From a virus (Duplodnaviria; Caudoviricetes): a DNA stretch of 42,615 nucleotides. The position numbers were made by a program, and so were the translations under genes. The notes under the pieces are model-generated. The model had not been told where the DNA came from. It ran no database searches and saw only the letters and a list, made by a program, of their open reading frames with translations. Numbering within the stretch: position 1 is the stretch's first letter; each line of letters starts with the position of its first letter. This document shows, piece after piece, positions 17,930 through 27,845 of this stretch. The stretch lies in the IMG/VR virus record IMGVR_UViG_3300048848_000234, positions 1 to 42,615 of that record. The stretch is one strand, 5' to 3'.

Positions 17930-18345
17930 GGGGCGGCGTCCGCGCCATCCCCCTTGCCCTGTGCCGAACGGATGGCGGTGCCGATCAGCTCGCCGAACGC
18001 CTCCTGGCCGAGGTGGTCTGTGATGTCGCTGATCTGGGCGAGCGTCACCTGCGGATGATGCTTCTGGAGACCGTGCCAGGCTAGATCGCGGAGGACGGAA
18101 AGACGCACCCGGCGCATTGCCGAGTTTATCTTCTCCAGCGCCGACAGGGACAGCCCTTCGGCGGTCCCTGTCGACATGGCAGTGGCGATGGCGAACGCGG
18201 TTTCCGGATCGACGTCGGGCACCGCGTCAGCGACGACGGCGAAGAAGCCCTTGTCGTATTGCTCCTCGACCGCGCACTGCGCGGCGTTGCCGAGGAACAG
18301 CGTCCAGCGCTGGCCGATCGCGTCGAAAACCTGTTCGCCGAGCAT
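17794..18345 (-). CDS. Tail assembly chaperone (gpG-like)
   Basis: Start MLGEQVF coupled to the tail tube stop; lies between the tube and tape measure genes; contains G GGA AAG in frame. Confidence 0.75.
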   Translation of the reverse strand: MLGEQVFDAIGQRWTLFLGNAAQCAVEEQYDKGFFAVVADAVPDVDPETAFAIATAMSTGTAEGLSLSALEKINSAMRRVRLSVLRDLAWHGLQKHHPQVTLAQISDITDHLGQEAFGELIGTAIRSAQGKGDGADAAPGKLATRASGRTGKTSSANGRGSASTPQRSGAKAPRRTGPRSADG

Positions 18346-18827
18346 CAGGCGCCTCCGCCAGCGGCCGGGATGACCGGCTGCGCGTCGGCGCCCTCTTCGC
18401 CAGCCGCGCCGGTGAACTGGACGTTGATGGTCTGCACCATGCGATCGTTGATCGGGATCGCACGGCCGCGCGAACGCACGATCAGGAAGCCGCTGACCTT
18501 CCACCACTTGCCCGCCGGCGCCGGCAGATAGGTGGCATAGCCTTGCGGCTTGCCCGATTCGTGCGCCGCCCGGAATGCAAGGTCGGTCGGGCTGCCGGGG
18601 ATGTAGTTGATCTCGATCGTGTCCTCGCCCGGCTCGATCAGGCCGCGACCGTATTCCTTGCGCCCGCCAGGCGACTTGAAGTGCGTCTTCTCGAACGTCT
18701 CCGCCATCTCTTCGGCGAATGGCACCTTGGTGACCTCGTCGATCTCGATCTGCGGCCCCCCTGGAGGGGTGAGGAAGAAGCCGGTGCCGTAGCCCGACTG
18801 CGCCTCGCTGTTGCCGTTTGCGTCCAT
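18345..18827 (-). CDS. Major tail tube protein
   Basis: THFKSPGGRKEYGRGLIEPGEDTIEINYIPG motif and position. Confidence 0.85.
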   Translation of the reverse strand: MDANGNSEAQSGYGTGFFLTPPGGPQIEIDEVTKVPFAEEMAETFEKTHFKSPGGRKEYGRGLIEPGEDTIEINYIPGSPTDLAFRAAHESGKPQGYATYLPAPAGKWWKVSGFLIVRSRGRAIPINDRMVQTINVQFTGAAGEEGADAQPVIPAAGGGA

Positions 18828-18843
18828 GGCAGGCTCCTTGTTG

Positions 18844-19254
18844 CTAACCGTTGTGGAGGAAGATGAAGTCGATGATCTCGCGATAGAGTTCGCCGCGTGG
18901 CTGCTCCTCGGAGGCGGTGCTGTCGCCGTCGAAGCCGGGACGCACCGACGGCACCGCCGCGCGATCGAAGCGAACGTCGTCGACCTGTGCAGCTGGCGTC
19001 AGCACGGCGATGGCGATGTCGCGCAGCGCGATCGCGCCGGCGAACGTGGCCGACCAGCAATCGAGCTGCACACGCGTGGTGCGAACACCCTGGAACCCTT
19101 TGTAGTGCTGCGGCCGGACGTCGCTGATTATCTGGAGCGTGTAGGCGTCCAGTTCGCGGCCCGGCCTGCGCATCCAGTCGACCCGCGTGCCGGCCCTTGC
19201 CTTTGCAGCGTTGTCGTCGAGCAGGCGCTTGGCGAGTGCGGCTTCGAAACTCAT
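18844..19254 (-). CDS. Tail terminator (DUF3168-like)
   Basis: Start MSFEAAL (ATGA overlap); RVQLDCWS motif. Confidence 0.75.
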   Translation of the reverse strand: MSFEAALAKRLLDDNAAKARAGTRVDWMRRPGRELDAYTLQIISDVRPQHYKGFQGVRTTRVQLDCWSATFAGAIALRDIAIAVLTPAAQVDDVRFDRAAVPSVRPGFDGDSTASEEQPRGELYREIIDFIFLHNG

Positions 19255-19649
19255 CGCAACGCCTTCTTCACGCTCGACATCAAACCTTGGACGACCACGT
19301 CGGCGGCTTCGTCGGCCTTGGTATCGACCGCGGGACGGGCGAACGGGTGTGGCCCGGAACGCGATGTTCCGTCCTCGACCAGCCCGCCGTACCAGCCGTC
19401 GGGGAGCGACGGTCCGAAATAGACCGTGTCGCTGTTCTTCGGCAGGCCTTCTGCCTCGGCCGTCACGACGATGCTGCCGGCGAGCTCGCCGCTGCGCGAA
19501 TGAACCAGGCGGCGCTCCTCGTCGGCGATGATGGTCGCTCCCTTCATCAATGCGCGCTGCTTCGCCTGCGGCGTGGCGGCACGCTCTAGCTGGGCGAACT
19601 TGCGGTCGAGCTCGCGAAATCCGCTCGACTTGAACGACCCGGCGGCCAT
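19251..19649 (-). CDS. HK97 gp10-like tail completion protein
   Basis: GFRELDRKF, SGELAGSI, LVEDGTS...HPFARPA motifs. Confidence 0.85.
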   Translation of the reverse strand: MAAGSFKSSGFRELDRKFAQLERAATPQAKQRALMKGATIIADEERRLVHSRSGELAGSIVVTAEAEGLPKNSDTVYFGPSLPDGWYGGLVEDGTSRSGPHPFARPAVDTKADEAADVVVQGLMSSVKKALR

Positions 19650-19993
19650 CAGCCGGCACTCACCGCGCGGCAGGTCAGCTCCAGTCCGTCGCGACGACCG
19701 ATCTCGCGAGGTGCTGCGATGATGTCGAACAGCTGCTCGCGGTAGCGAACGCGATCGGCAGGACCGACATCCGCGACGGTGCGCGACCAGCGGATGATGA
19801 AGGCGACCGGGGTTTCGGCCTCGCGCGTGGCGAGTTCGAACCGCTCGACACCGCGTGCCGGCTTGTACTGGGCCCAGACAGTAGCGAGGACGAACGGCAC
19901 TCCGGGGACGTTCTGGAGGCCGTCATGCGTCGCCGGACCATCGCGCTCGATCTGGATGCGACGATCTAAGGCGCCTTCATCTATCCCCGGCAT
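19649..19993 (-). CDS. Head closure / head-tail adaptor
   Basis: GALDRRIQIER, TVWAQ, FIIRW, DRVRY motifs. Confidence 0.85.
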   Translation of the reverse strand: MPGIDEGALDRRIQIERDGPATHDGLQNVPGVPFVLATVWAQYKPARGVERFELATREAETPVAFIIRWSRTVADVGPADRVRYREQLFDIIAAPREIGRRDGLELTCRAVSAG

Positions 19994-20529
19994 CAGCGGT
20001 AAACCCTATAGGTCTCAAGCAGCATACTAGCGGCGCTGAAGTCCGCGGTTCCGCCTCCACGATTGCGATATAGCTCGGAGGTCATCATGAGGATGGCTGC
20101 ACGAATAGGCGCAGGCAAAATCTCGTATCCGGCCTTGAAGCGTAGGCGAATGCCTTCCGGGTTCGCGGGATCCCATGAGGTCGCACCGGCCCTGAACTCG
20201 ACGGTGGAACCCCGGATGATATAGGCGGATGTATCGATCGGCGTCCAAGCGTCGCCATACGGGAATTCCACTGTCAGAAGCTCGATGATCGGCGGATAGG
20301 GAAGCGACACCCTCGACGAAAAGATCGGTGCGGGGCGATATAGCTCCAGTGTCTGGAGCCCCAAAGCTCGGCCAAGCCAACCATCAGGCCCATCGAGCAG
20401 CCCCGTCGCTGCCGCGATCAGGCCTTCGACGTACAGCCGTTGCGTGTCGTCCCCGTCGAGCTTCAGCTGCTCATTCGCATCCTGCCACGTGACGACGGGA
20501 GCGGGAGCCTCAACGACGACGACACGCAT
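19993..20529 (-). CDS. Head-tail connector (gp6-like)
   Basis: LIAAAT...GRAL..QT, FKAGY, PAPIRAAILMM..ELYRNR motifs. Confidence 0.85.
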   Translation of the reverse strand: MRVVVVEAPAPVVTWQDANEQLKLDGDDTQRLYVEGLIAAATGLLDGPDGWLGRALGLQTLELYRPAPIFSSRVSLPYPPIIELLTVEFPYGDAWTPIDTSAYIIRGSTVEFRAGATSWDPANPEGIRLRFKAGYEILPAPIRAAILMMTSELYRNRGGGTADFSAASMLLETYRVYR

Positions 20530-20532
20530 AGA

Positions 20533-21057
20533 TCAGGCCTTGGTCTTGGGCGACGTCGCCTGCTTGTTCTCAGGTGCCGGAGCATGCTTGTTCTCCGGCG
20601 ACTCGGCGACCTTCTCACCGCCCACCTGCGCTGTCGCTGCGCTCAGCGCAGCTCGCGCCTCATCGCGCTCCTCGGTAAGGCTGGCGACCATGGCAACGTG
20701 TTCCTCGATCGTGGTCTTGCTGGCGGCCAGTTCGCCGATCACCTGATCGAGCTGCTGCCGTGCGTCGTCCCGTTCGCCGATAGCGATGATGATGGCTTCG
20801 CCCTGCTCGTCGAGCCGAGCTCGCAGCGCACTCAAGTCGTCGACATCGATGACGATCGTCGTCGCCTGCGGCTTCTGTTTGGCTTCGGCAACGAACCGGG
20901 GCTGCCAGTTCTTTACCTCGTCACCGGTGGCCTCGCGCACGAGGCCGAGCTTCTCCAGATCCTCGAAGCGGTTGTTCGACAGGTCGAGGACGACATCGCC
21001 TTCATCCAGCCGACCGCGATCCCCGGCGTGTGCCACCAGGACGTAAGCGTCTTTCAT
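20533..21057 (-). CDS. Hypothetical coiled-coil protein after the capsid gene
   Basis: 174 aa with GGGAG RBS; LEKLGLVRE, coiled coil, PENK repeats at the C-terminus. Confidence 0.7.
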   Translation of the reverse strand: MKDAYVLVAHAGDRGRLDEGDVVLDLSNNRFEDLEKLGLVREATGDEVKNWQPRFVAEAKQKPQATTIVIDVDDLSALRARLDEQGEAIIIAIGERDDARQQLDQVIGELAASKTTIEEHVAMVASLTEERDEARAALSAATAQVGGEKVAESPENKHAPAPENKQATSPKTKA

Positions 21058-21073
21058 TCTGGGTCTCCCAAAG

Positions 21074-21101
21074 GCGGGAGGCGGAGCGCACCGCCTCCCG
21101 C
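21074..21101 (-). terminator. Stem-loop downstream of the major capsid gene
   Basis: Perfect 11-bp stem GCGGGAGGCGG/CCGCCTCCCGC with 6-nt loop, followed by CTTT on the minus strand. Confidence 0.6.
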
Positions 21102-21107
21102 ATCAGC

Positions 21108-22343
21108 TCACAGCAGGGTGCCGCGAACCATCGCTGCCGCGCGGCGGACGGCGAGCGCCAAGCGCTTCTCCGCACGAACGGTCAGCATGTTCTTGATGAA
21201 GTTGTCGCGGTCCTGATCGGAGATGCGGACCTCGGTCTCCATGCGATCGAAGATCTGGGCGGCGAGCTTGAACGCGCCGACCAGGAAGTTTGCGGTGCCG
21301 ATGCCCTTGGTCGGCACGACCGGGCGACCCCACAGGACCGGGCCTGCGATGCCCTGCGGATTGGCGAAGATGTATCCGCCGGCCGCATCCTTGGTCAGCT
21401 CAATGCCAGTCCATGCCGACGGGTGCAGCACGATGCCGTCAGGATCGTAGTCGGCGAGTTCGACCTGCAGGATCGCGAGGCGCAGCTGATCGATACGCGT
21501 TGCGCCGCTGATCGTCAGCGGGGCAGAGTACGGCGTCGCCTGCGGGTACAGGCCAGCGATGTTCTGGCCGGTGCCATCACCGAGCAGCAGCTGGGTGTCC
21601 TCGACGTCGTCGAGGCCATAGCGCAGCTCGCCATCGATCAGGCTTTCCAGCTGCGGGATGTCGTCCATCGCCTGACGCGATGCCGGCACCCAGTGCGCGA
21701 TCGTGCGGACCGGCGCATTGGCGACTTCCCAGGAGTAGTTCGACTCCGGCTTCTGCGCGCTTTCTGCGACCGGTGCCGCGTTGTTCGTGCGACCGACCTG
21801 ACGGGCATACTCGATCGAGTTGCTGGTCGTGCGGCCGGGGGTGAGCAGATCGCGAATGCGCAGCTTGCGCTGCGGGATGCCGACGATGCCGGGCTGGCGG
21901 TCGGTGGTGATCAGGGCGCCGCCCGATCCAGTGGCGCTGGTGACCGCCTTCACCGACATGGTGACGGTGCCGACACCGCCGCGGTCTGCGAATTCCTTCA
22001 GCTCCGGGCTTTCGCCTACCTGCTGCCCGATCGACTTGTGACCGACATGTTCATCGGATGGACGGCGTGCATCGAACTTCTGCGCCAGCTCCGTGAATTC
22101 CGACCGGATATTGGCCAGCTCGACAAGCGCCTTGTCGGCCTTCTCCTTGGTCTCGGTCGAGATCTTCTCGCCAGCCTCGCTCTTGGCTTTGAATTCGGTG
22201 GCGAAACCCTTTACCTCGGTCAGGGCGTTGGCGAGGCGAGCGTCGAGCGACGCGCCTTCACCGGCGCCATCCTTGCGGCCGAATTCCGGGACGTGCGCGG
22301 CCGGCGGCATGAGCATAGCCGTGGCGGCAATCATCTTGGTCAT
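21108..22343 (-). CDS. Major capsid protein, HK97 family
   Basis: Coiled-coil delta domain; LRIRDLL, VRTIAHW, LLLGDGTGQN, FIKNMLTVRAEKRLAL motifs. Confidence 0.95.
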   Translation of the reverse strand: MTKMIAATAMLMPPAAHVPEFGRKDGAGEGASLDARLANALTEVKGFATEFKAKSEAGEKISTETKEKADKALVELANIRSEFTELAQKFDARRPSDEHVGHKSIGQQVGESPELKEFADRGGVGTVTMSVKAVTSATGSGGALITTDRQPGIVGIPQRKLRIRDLLTPGRTTSNSIEYARQVGRTNNAAPVAESAQKPESNYSWEVANAPVRTIAHWVPASRQAMDDIPQLESLIDGELRYGLDDVEDTQLLLGDGTGQNIAGLYPQATPYSAPLTISGATRIDQLRLAILQVELADYDPDGIVLHPSAWTGIELTKDAAGGYIFANPQGIAGPVLWGRPVVPTKGIGTANFLVGAFKLAAQIFDRMETEVRISDQDRDNFIKNMLTVRAEKRLALAVRRAAAMVRGTLL

Positions 22344-22358
22344 AGAAATACCTCGTCT

Positions 22359-23117
22359 TTACGCGGACTTCAGGGAGAAGCCCGCCAGGGTGTCCGACAG
22401 GGCCTTCAGCCCTGCATCGTTGCTTGGTTCGCGATCGGACTCCCTCCGCCGCAGTTCGGTCAGGCCATGGGCGACCACGCCCGCGGCCCGCGTCTTGGAG
22501 AACCCTAACTCCCTCAGGGCCTTCTCCATCTCGCGCTCGGTCGGCAGTTCGCCGTGTGCGAGCTTGAACTTCACCGCCTCGACTCGCGCATCGTCGTTCG
22601 CTGGAAACGTCACGAGGCTGATCTCGACGAGATCCAGCTTGGTCAGGGTCCGAATGCCGGTCTTTTCGTCATAGCTGCTCTCGCGGACCCAGTACCCGAT
22701 CGACAGCCCGGTCACGATGCGGCGCTTCATCAGCGCGTGCGCTTCGCGTGCCTGCGCGACGTCCGCGATCAGCAGCTCGCCCTTGCCGGCAAGGCCATGC
22801 TCATCCTCGACGAGGTCGGTCCATGCGCCGATTGGCTCGCCCGCACGATGCTGCCACAGCACTGGCACGGGGCGGCCCTTCGCCTTCAGCTCGCCGAGGC
22901 TTTCGGTGAAAGCGCCCGGTGCGACGATCTCTTGGTAGCTGTCGACCACGCCCCAGACTGAGCCATAGCCGTCGAAGCTGCCGTCATCGCCGACGGACTT
23001 GGTCGTAAGGTCGAAGTCACGCACCTTCAGCGCGCCGGTGTGCTTGCGCTCGAAAACCGACCGCGCGAGACCCTTCTGCTCGCCGGACAGCGAGTTGCTG
23101 GTGGTGGCAAATTGCAT
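22359..23117 (-). CDS. HK97-type prohead protease
   Basis: FDGYGSVWGVVDSY, VLWQH, GLSIGY, LVEISLVTFPAN motifs. Confidence 0.95.
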   Translation of the reverse strand: MQFATTSNSLSGEQKGLARSVFERKHTGALKVRDFDLTTKSVGDDGSFDGYGSVWGVVDSYQEIVAPGAFTESLGELKAKGRPVPVLWQHRAGEPIGAWTDLVEDEHGLAGKGELLIADVAQAREAHALMKRRIVTGLSIGYWVRESSYDEKTGIRTLTKLDLVEISLVTFPANDDARVEAVKFKLAHGELPTEREMEKALRELGFSKTRAAGVVAHGLTELRRRESDREPSNDAGLKALSDTLAGFSLKSA

Positions 23118-23120
23118 GGC

Positions 23121-23393
23121 TCAGTCCTCAGAGCGGATGAATGGATCGGTGCCCGAGATCCAGATCGGCGGGTGCGTTTCGCCCCACGAACCGAACCAGA
23201 GAGCGCCACCATTGGCGACGACCTCAGCCAGCTCCTCAGGCGAAAGCTGCCACTTGCTGATCACGTTCGGATTACCGTCGAGGTCCCGATAGCGGTGCAC
23301 GTGTAGATCGTAGACGGTGCCCGCTGCGGCATCTTCCGGGGTTGGCGCGGTCAGCACCAAGTTAGCGTCCGCGAAGGGCACTCCCGTCGCCAT
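23121..23393 (-). CDS. Hypothetical protein between portal and protease
   Basis: 90 aa ORF packed 2-3 nt from both neighbours; ISKWQLSPEELAEV...HPPI. Confidence 0.7.
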   Translation of the reverse strand: MATGVPFADANLVLTAPTPEDAAAGTVYDLHVHRYRDLDGNPNVISKWQLSPEELAEVVANGGALWFGSWGETHPPIWISGTDPFIRSED

Positions 23394-23395
23394 GC

Positions 23396-24781
23396 TCAGT
23401 TCTCCAACCGCGGGCCGCCGTTATGGCCCAGCATCGAGTTAACCTTGGCGGCGATCAGAGATTCCAGATCGCCGCCTCCCACGCCCAGCATCCCGAACAG
23501 TGCCGATCGCAGCTGCTGCTCCGACGACCCAGCTGCAGCCGTTCCGAGCTGATCGAGACGCACAAGGTTGGACTGAACGGTCAGAAACTCTCCGCCTGCG
23601 CGGTGCTCCAGATTCTCACGCGAGCGCATCTCGTTGCGATCCATGACGCCGTTCTGCCCGAACGCAGAGTACAGGGCGGCGCGAGCAGTGCTGTCCGCCG
23701 CTAGCGCGGCTTCCCGGTTGAACTCTGGATACACCTTCTTCCGCTCGATCACCGGCAGCAACTGCTTGCGCGCCTCCTGCTCGATGCGCCGTAGCAGCGG
23801 GTTGAGGCGTAGCGTCTGCCAGCCGAGCAGCAGCTGCTCGATGCCGGAGCCCCACATGGTCTGCCCCTGCGCGGCGTGCCCGATCAGTACGGGCAACATG
23901 CCGAACCACCGACACATCTCTTCGACGTCCCAGCGCCGGCTCTCCAGCAGCTGCGCGTCGGCTGGTTTCATCGTCAGCGGGACGAACTTGAAGTCCTTCT
24001 CCAGCGGCATGACCTTGCCAGCCATGTCGCCGCCCGTGAACTCGCCGAAGATATCGACCAGATCCTTGCGCTGATCGCGGGTCAGCTTGCTTGCCCCGGT
24101 CTCCATGAACCCGGAAACTTGAAGACCGCTGGCGAATGCGGCGTTGGCCGTGCGGTTCGCTGCCAACGCGGCACCAATAGTGCGCCGGCCGAATTCCACC
24201 GCAGATAGGCCTACATCGCCGCCAAAGGACATGCCCTTGACGTGAAAAACCTTCTCGGCCGGCAGCTCAGCCGTTTGACCGCGGTCGCGATAACGATACA
24301 TGCGGACGCCGTCTTTCCGGAACGGCTCCATCTGCGCTGGATGTACGCGTGACAGCGAGGTAACCCGCTGACCAATGCGCTCGATCAGTGCGTAGCTGTT
24401 GCCCCACAGGTCGATCGACGCGGTCTGCCCCGCCCAGAAGTCGAGCGGCGTCTGATCAGCGTTCGGCGACTCATGCAGCAGATCGTAGAGCCAGTGGTCA
24501 TCACGCGACACCCGGCCACCCGAAGGGCTTTTGCTGTAGACGCCGCAGCCCATCGAGCCGACCAGCTCGGACTTCAGCCCGACACATGCCCAGGCAGTCG
24601 ATAATCCCATCGTGGTCTGCGGATTGACGGGACCGCTGCTGAGATCACGCCCCATCTCAATCCGGATCCGGGTCGGCTCGTCTTCCGGTGCGCCGCTCAG
24701 CTTCGCCGATTCACCATCGGCCACGTAAGCCGAGGCCGCACCGGTGACATACGACCAGGCGGTTGAAAGCCACGTCGCCAT
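23396..24781 (-). CDS. Portal protein, HK97 family
   Basis: LLHESPNADQT, LWGNSYA, DAQLLESRRWDVEEMCRWF, NEMRSRENL motifs. Confidence 0.95.
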   Translation of the reverse strand: MATWLSTAWSYVTGAASAYVADGESAKLSGAPEDEPTRIRIEMGRDLSSGPVNPQTTMGLSTAWACVGLKSELVGSMGCGVYSKSPSGGRVSRDDHWLYDLLHESPNADQTPLDFWAGQTASIDLWGNSYALIERIGQRVTSLSRVHPAQMEPFRKDGVRMYRYRDRGQTAELPAEKVFHVKGMSFGGDVGLSAVEFGRRTIGAALAANRTANAAFASGLQVSGFMETGASKLTRDQRKDLVDIFGEFTGGDMAGKVMPLEKDFKFVPLTMKPADAQLLESRRWDVEEMCRWFGMLPVLIGHAAQGQTMWGSGIEQLLLGWQTLRLNPLLRRIEQEARKQLLPVIERKKVYPEFNREAALAADSTARAALYSAFGQNGVMDRNEMRSRENLEHRAGGEFLTVQSNLVRLDQLGTAAAGSSEQQLRSALFGMLGVGGGDLESLIAAKVNSMLGHNGGPRLEN

Positions 24782-26523
24782 CAGGCCGCCTTCAGCGCGG
24801 CAATGAAGTCATCCACGCCGTCGCCTCCCATTGCTTCCGGATTACGGCTCATCAGCATGACCGCGTTGAACATTGCCGCCAGCGGGTCGATTTTGGCCCC
24901 AGGCGATGATTTGACGATCGCCACCGCGCTTGCGCCGCGCGGCTCCATCTTGGCGTTGCCGACGCACCACTGCATCAGCGCCGTCCCTCCGTGACGCATC
25001 GTGCGGGCGGCCAGCTTCCTAGCGGCACCCTTCACTGCGCTACTCAATTTGAAGCCCTGTCCGATCGAGGTCAGCTGTTCGTCGGCGAACTCGCGGCTGG
25101 CTAGTTCGTCGACCAACGTCGTGACACCGACCGGATCGAGGCCGATCGCCTCCCGATCCGGAAAAAGGCCAGCATCGCGGACCTGCACCAGCGCGTCCAC
25201 AACACCGCGGATGTCGTCCGTCAGGTCTTCTTCGGCTTCATCGTCCGCCGAGAGCTCGTTGTCGTCGTCGGGCAGCTCACACCGCGTCAGCGTACCTTCG
25301 GCGATCAGCTCGTCGAGCTTGGTCGCGATGTCGGAACGCCGCTTCCAAACGATCGACCATGCCCAAGCATGGGTCCAGACGAGCCAGCGCTTCGATCCTT
25401 TCTCGCGGCCGATGAGACACAGGCCGAGCAGATCGTCTAGGCCGCCACCGTCGACCCCACCAACGATGACCTCAGAACGACGGATGAGATCGTCGAGGCT
25501 TAATCCCGGCTCAGCCGCCGCGTCCCAGAACTCGGCGCCGGTCCACCGATCACGGCTCAGGCGAGTGCCGATCTCGACGTTGAGATGCTTGGCAAGGAAG
25601 ATCTGGAGTGCACCAGGCTCACCGAGCTGCGCCTCCGCGAGCTTTTCTTCGATGTACTCCGCGTCAACTGACCGGCCGATATTGGGATTGGTGACGTAGA
25701 AGTTGGCGGGATCGAGGTAGGCCTCTTCCTCCAGCATCTTCTCCGGCCACTCATACAGCACGCCGAGTTTACGCTTGTTCGCGATCGTGCCGTCGCGGAT
25801 GCCGCGGAACTGGTCGAGCTTTTCCTTGAACACGCCGCGAGGCGGCTCGTCGCTATGAGTCGACAGATACACCACGAAGCCTTCTGGCCTCGATACCCGC
25901 CCGCCCGTCGCCTCCATGAGCATCGCCGCGGCATTTGCCTGCTTGCCGAACTGCCAGAGCTCATCGACCAGGACGAACGCGGCCTTCTTCCCGCTGACGA
26001 CGCCGGCGTCAGCGGCGACAACCTTCAGCTCTGACTCGTTGTGCAAGTGCTTGATCTTCCGCTCGTGGTCGATCGGCTTCAAGATCTCCAGCAATTCAGG
26101 GTCGGCGCGGACCATGCCAGCGGCAGGCGTAAAGACGTTGTTCGCGACCTCGATCGTTGGGGCGAGCACCAGCAGCTCCGCCGAGTGTCGCCAGTTGCGT
26201 ATAAGCGCTGTCACCATGATGCCGGCCGCGATGGTCGACTTGGAATTCTTCTTGCTGATCAGGAGCATGAACTCCCAGATCAGGCGTCTGCCCGTTTCAG
26301 GGTCCTGCGCTCCGAAAATCGCCTCGACAAAATCGAAGACGAACTGTTCACACGCGTCGCCGAACGTCGGCATTCCCGGCACGTCGACGATGCGCAGCGA
26401 CTTGAAGACCTCCAGTGCTGCTTCAGCTTCGTCGGGGAAGAGCGGCTCCATCGGCACCAGCGACTGCCCAGCGACGATTCTGTCCCGCCAGTCGGGGCAG
26501 GCGGTCGACCAAGTCCGCTCCAT
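24781..26523 (-). CDS. terL: Terminase large subunit
   Basis: Walker A variant ISKKNSKST, Walker B VLVDELW, nuclease DGGGLDDL, KIDPLAA. Confidence 0.95.
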   Translation of the reverse strand: MERTWSTACPDWRDRIVAGQSLVPMEPLFPDEAEAALEVFKSLRIVDVPGMPTFGDACEQFVFDFVEAIFGAQDPETGRRLIWEFMLLISKKNSKSTIAAGIMVTALIRNWRHSAELLVLAPTIEVANNVFTPAAGMVRADPELLEILKPIDHERKIKHLHNESELKVVAADAGVVSGKKAAFVLVDELWQFGKQANAAAMLMEATGGRVSRPEGFVVYLSTHSDEPPRGVFKEKLDQFRGIRDGTIANKRKLGVLYEWPEKMLEEEAYLDPANFYVTNPNIGRSVDAEYIEEKLAEAQLGEPGALQIFLAKHLNVEIGTRLSRDRWTGAEFWDAAAEPGLSLDDLIRRSEVIVGGVDGGGLDDLLGLCLIGREKGSKRWLVWTHAWAWSIVWKRRSDIATKLDELIAEGTLTRCELPDDDNELSADDEAEEDLTDDIRGVVDALVQVRDAGLFPDREAIGLDPVGVTTLVDELASREFADEQLTSIGQGFKLSSAVKGAARKLAARTMRHGGTALMQWCVGNAKMEPRGASAVAIVKSSPGAKIDPLAAMFNAVMLMSRNPEAMGGDGVDDFIAALKAA

Positions 26524-27005
26524 CAGTTTACCAGCCGGGTAGGCACGGGGGGAGGCGCGAACTTACCTCGCACCTCAGCAGCGGCCGCCTTGGCTGCCGC
26601 CTTCTTTCCCAACTTCGGCGTGCGTGCCGGGCTACCGTTGGTGCCCCGCTCGGCGACGCGTTTCGACAGATCGGCGATCGCCTCCTTGTCGAGCCGCTTC
26701 AGCAGCTCCTTCTCGGCAGCGACGTTGCCGGCGGTCGCGGCGTTGTTGAGCCGGCCGAGCTGGGTCAACTTCATGCGCAGGCGGGCTGCACCCCGTTTTC
26801 CCACTTCGGAAGAATAATGCTTGCGAAGCGTCGGCACCGAGACCCCGATTGCCGTTGCCGCATCCTTGACGCTCAGCCCGCATGCGAAAGCGATCAGCAC
26901 CTTGTTTGAGTTTTCGCGGGACCACGAATGCTCCGGACGCCCACGCCCATCTTTGCCCGGCTGAATGGGATCGCCGAACAGATCGTGATCCAGAATTTCA
27001 GCCAT
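26523..27005 (-). CDS. Terminase small subunit (putative)
   Basis: GRP plus HTH (AATAIGVSVPTLRKHY), GNVAA; TGATG coupling to terL. Confidence 0.75.
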   Translation of the reverse strand: MAEILDHDLFGDPIQPGKDGRGRPEHSWSRENSNKVLIAFACGLSVKDAATAIGVSVPTLRKHYSSEVGKRGAARLRMKLTQLGRLNNAATAGNVAAEKELLKRLDKEAIADLSKRVAERGTNGSPARTPKLGKKAAAKAAAAEVRGKFAPPPVPTRLVN

Positions 27006-27088
27006 GGGATAAAAAATTCTCTGCGTGAGAGGACATGCGGTCTAGGGGCCGCGCCCCTCCCGGAGTTTTCACCCCCCCCCGGGGGGTC
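27006..27088. other. Putative cos/packaging region
   Basis: Intergenic between the HNH block and terS, with a C-run/G-run inverted element near 27071-27087 and a T tract just before terS. Cut site not determined. Confidence 0.45.
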
Positions 27089-27290
27089 AGGCCACGGCAG
27101 CCGCCTCGCTGCCCTTGCTCACCAACGGCAACTCGGTGAACCGAAGATCGCGAGTGCTGTGGATGTAGAACTGCCGCTCCGTGTGGGGCGGCACGGTCTC
27201 GGTAACAGAGCAATAGGACCGCTCGGTGCTGTCGATCGTCTCGACGTCGACCGGCCAGTCGTGGGTCTTCAAGGTGACAGTCGTGGTCAT
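27087..27290 (-). CDS. Hypothetical protein (67 aa)
   Basis: GGAGG RBS before ATG 27290: MTTTVTLKTHDWPVDVE. Confidence 0.6.
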   Translation of the reverse strand: MTTTVTLKTHDWPVDVETIDSTERSYCSVTETVPPHTERQFYIHSTRDLRFTELPLVSKGSEAAAVA

Positions 27291-27327
27291 ATCGGCCTCC
27301 TCAGCCATCAAAGAACGGGTCACTCCG

Positions 27328-27690
27328 TCACGCGTCCCGGCGACGCTCCTCGCGCTGCTTCAGGCTGTCATGACAGGGCTTGCACAGGCACCAGAGGTTG
27401 CCCTCATCCCAGAACAGCGCCTCGTCGCCGCGATGCGCCTTGCGATGATCGGCCACCAGCTGCGAGGTGTTCGCCTCGATCCGGCCGCAGCCGGGCCACT
27501 GGCAGGTGAACAGATCGCGACGCAGGATCGACATGCGCAGCTTCTGCCACCGCGACGTCTTGTACCACTTGCGCCAGCTGCGCTGATCGCGCTGTCGATC
27601 GAATGACTGGCGGTCGACGGGCGCGCTCGCGAGCCGAGGCCGCAGGCTGCCGAGGCGTGGCCGCAGGCTGGTCAGCTTCGCCACGTGCAT
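27328..27690 (-). CDS. Packaging-associated HNH endonuclease (HK97 gp74-like)
   Basis: WYKTSRWQKLR..LRRD..TCQ, VADHRKAHRGDEALFWD..NLWCLCKPCH. Confidence 0.9.
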   Translation of the reverse strand: MHVAKLTSLRPRLGSLRPRLASAPVDRQSFDRQRDQRSWRKWYKTSRWQKLRMSILRRDLFTCQWPGCGRIEANTSQLVADHRKAHRGDEALFWDEGNLWCLCKPCHDSLKQREERRRDA

Positions 27691-27703
27691 GTCCCGGAAA
27701 CGA

Positions 27704-27739
27704 CGACGGGCGGCGAGACCGAAGCCGCGCCGCCCGTCG
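27704..27739 (-). terminator. Stem-loop in the late-operon leader
   Basis: 12-bp stem CGACGGGCGGCG/CGCCGCCCGTCG followed by TCGTTT on the minus strand, just before the HNH gene. Confidence 0.5.
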
Positions 27740-27845
27740 AGGAGAGGAAGTCACCGTGTCGCGTCCGAAGGCCCAACCCAGTGTGTCAATAAATAGGCCG
27801 ATTTTGTCGTGTAGGCGAACAGGGAAAATGATCGAGCGTGCAACT

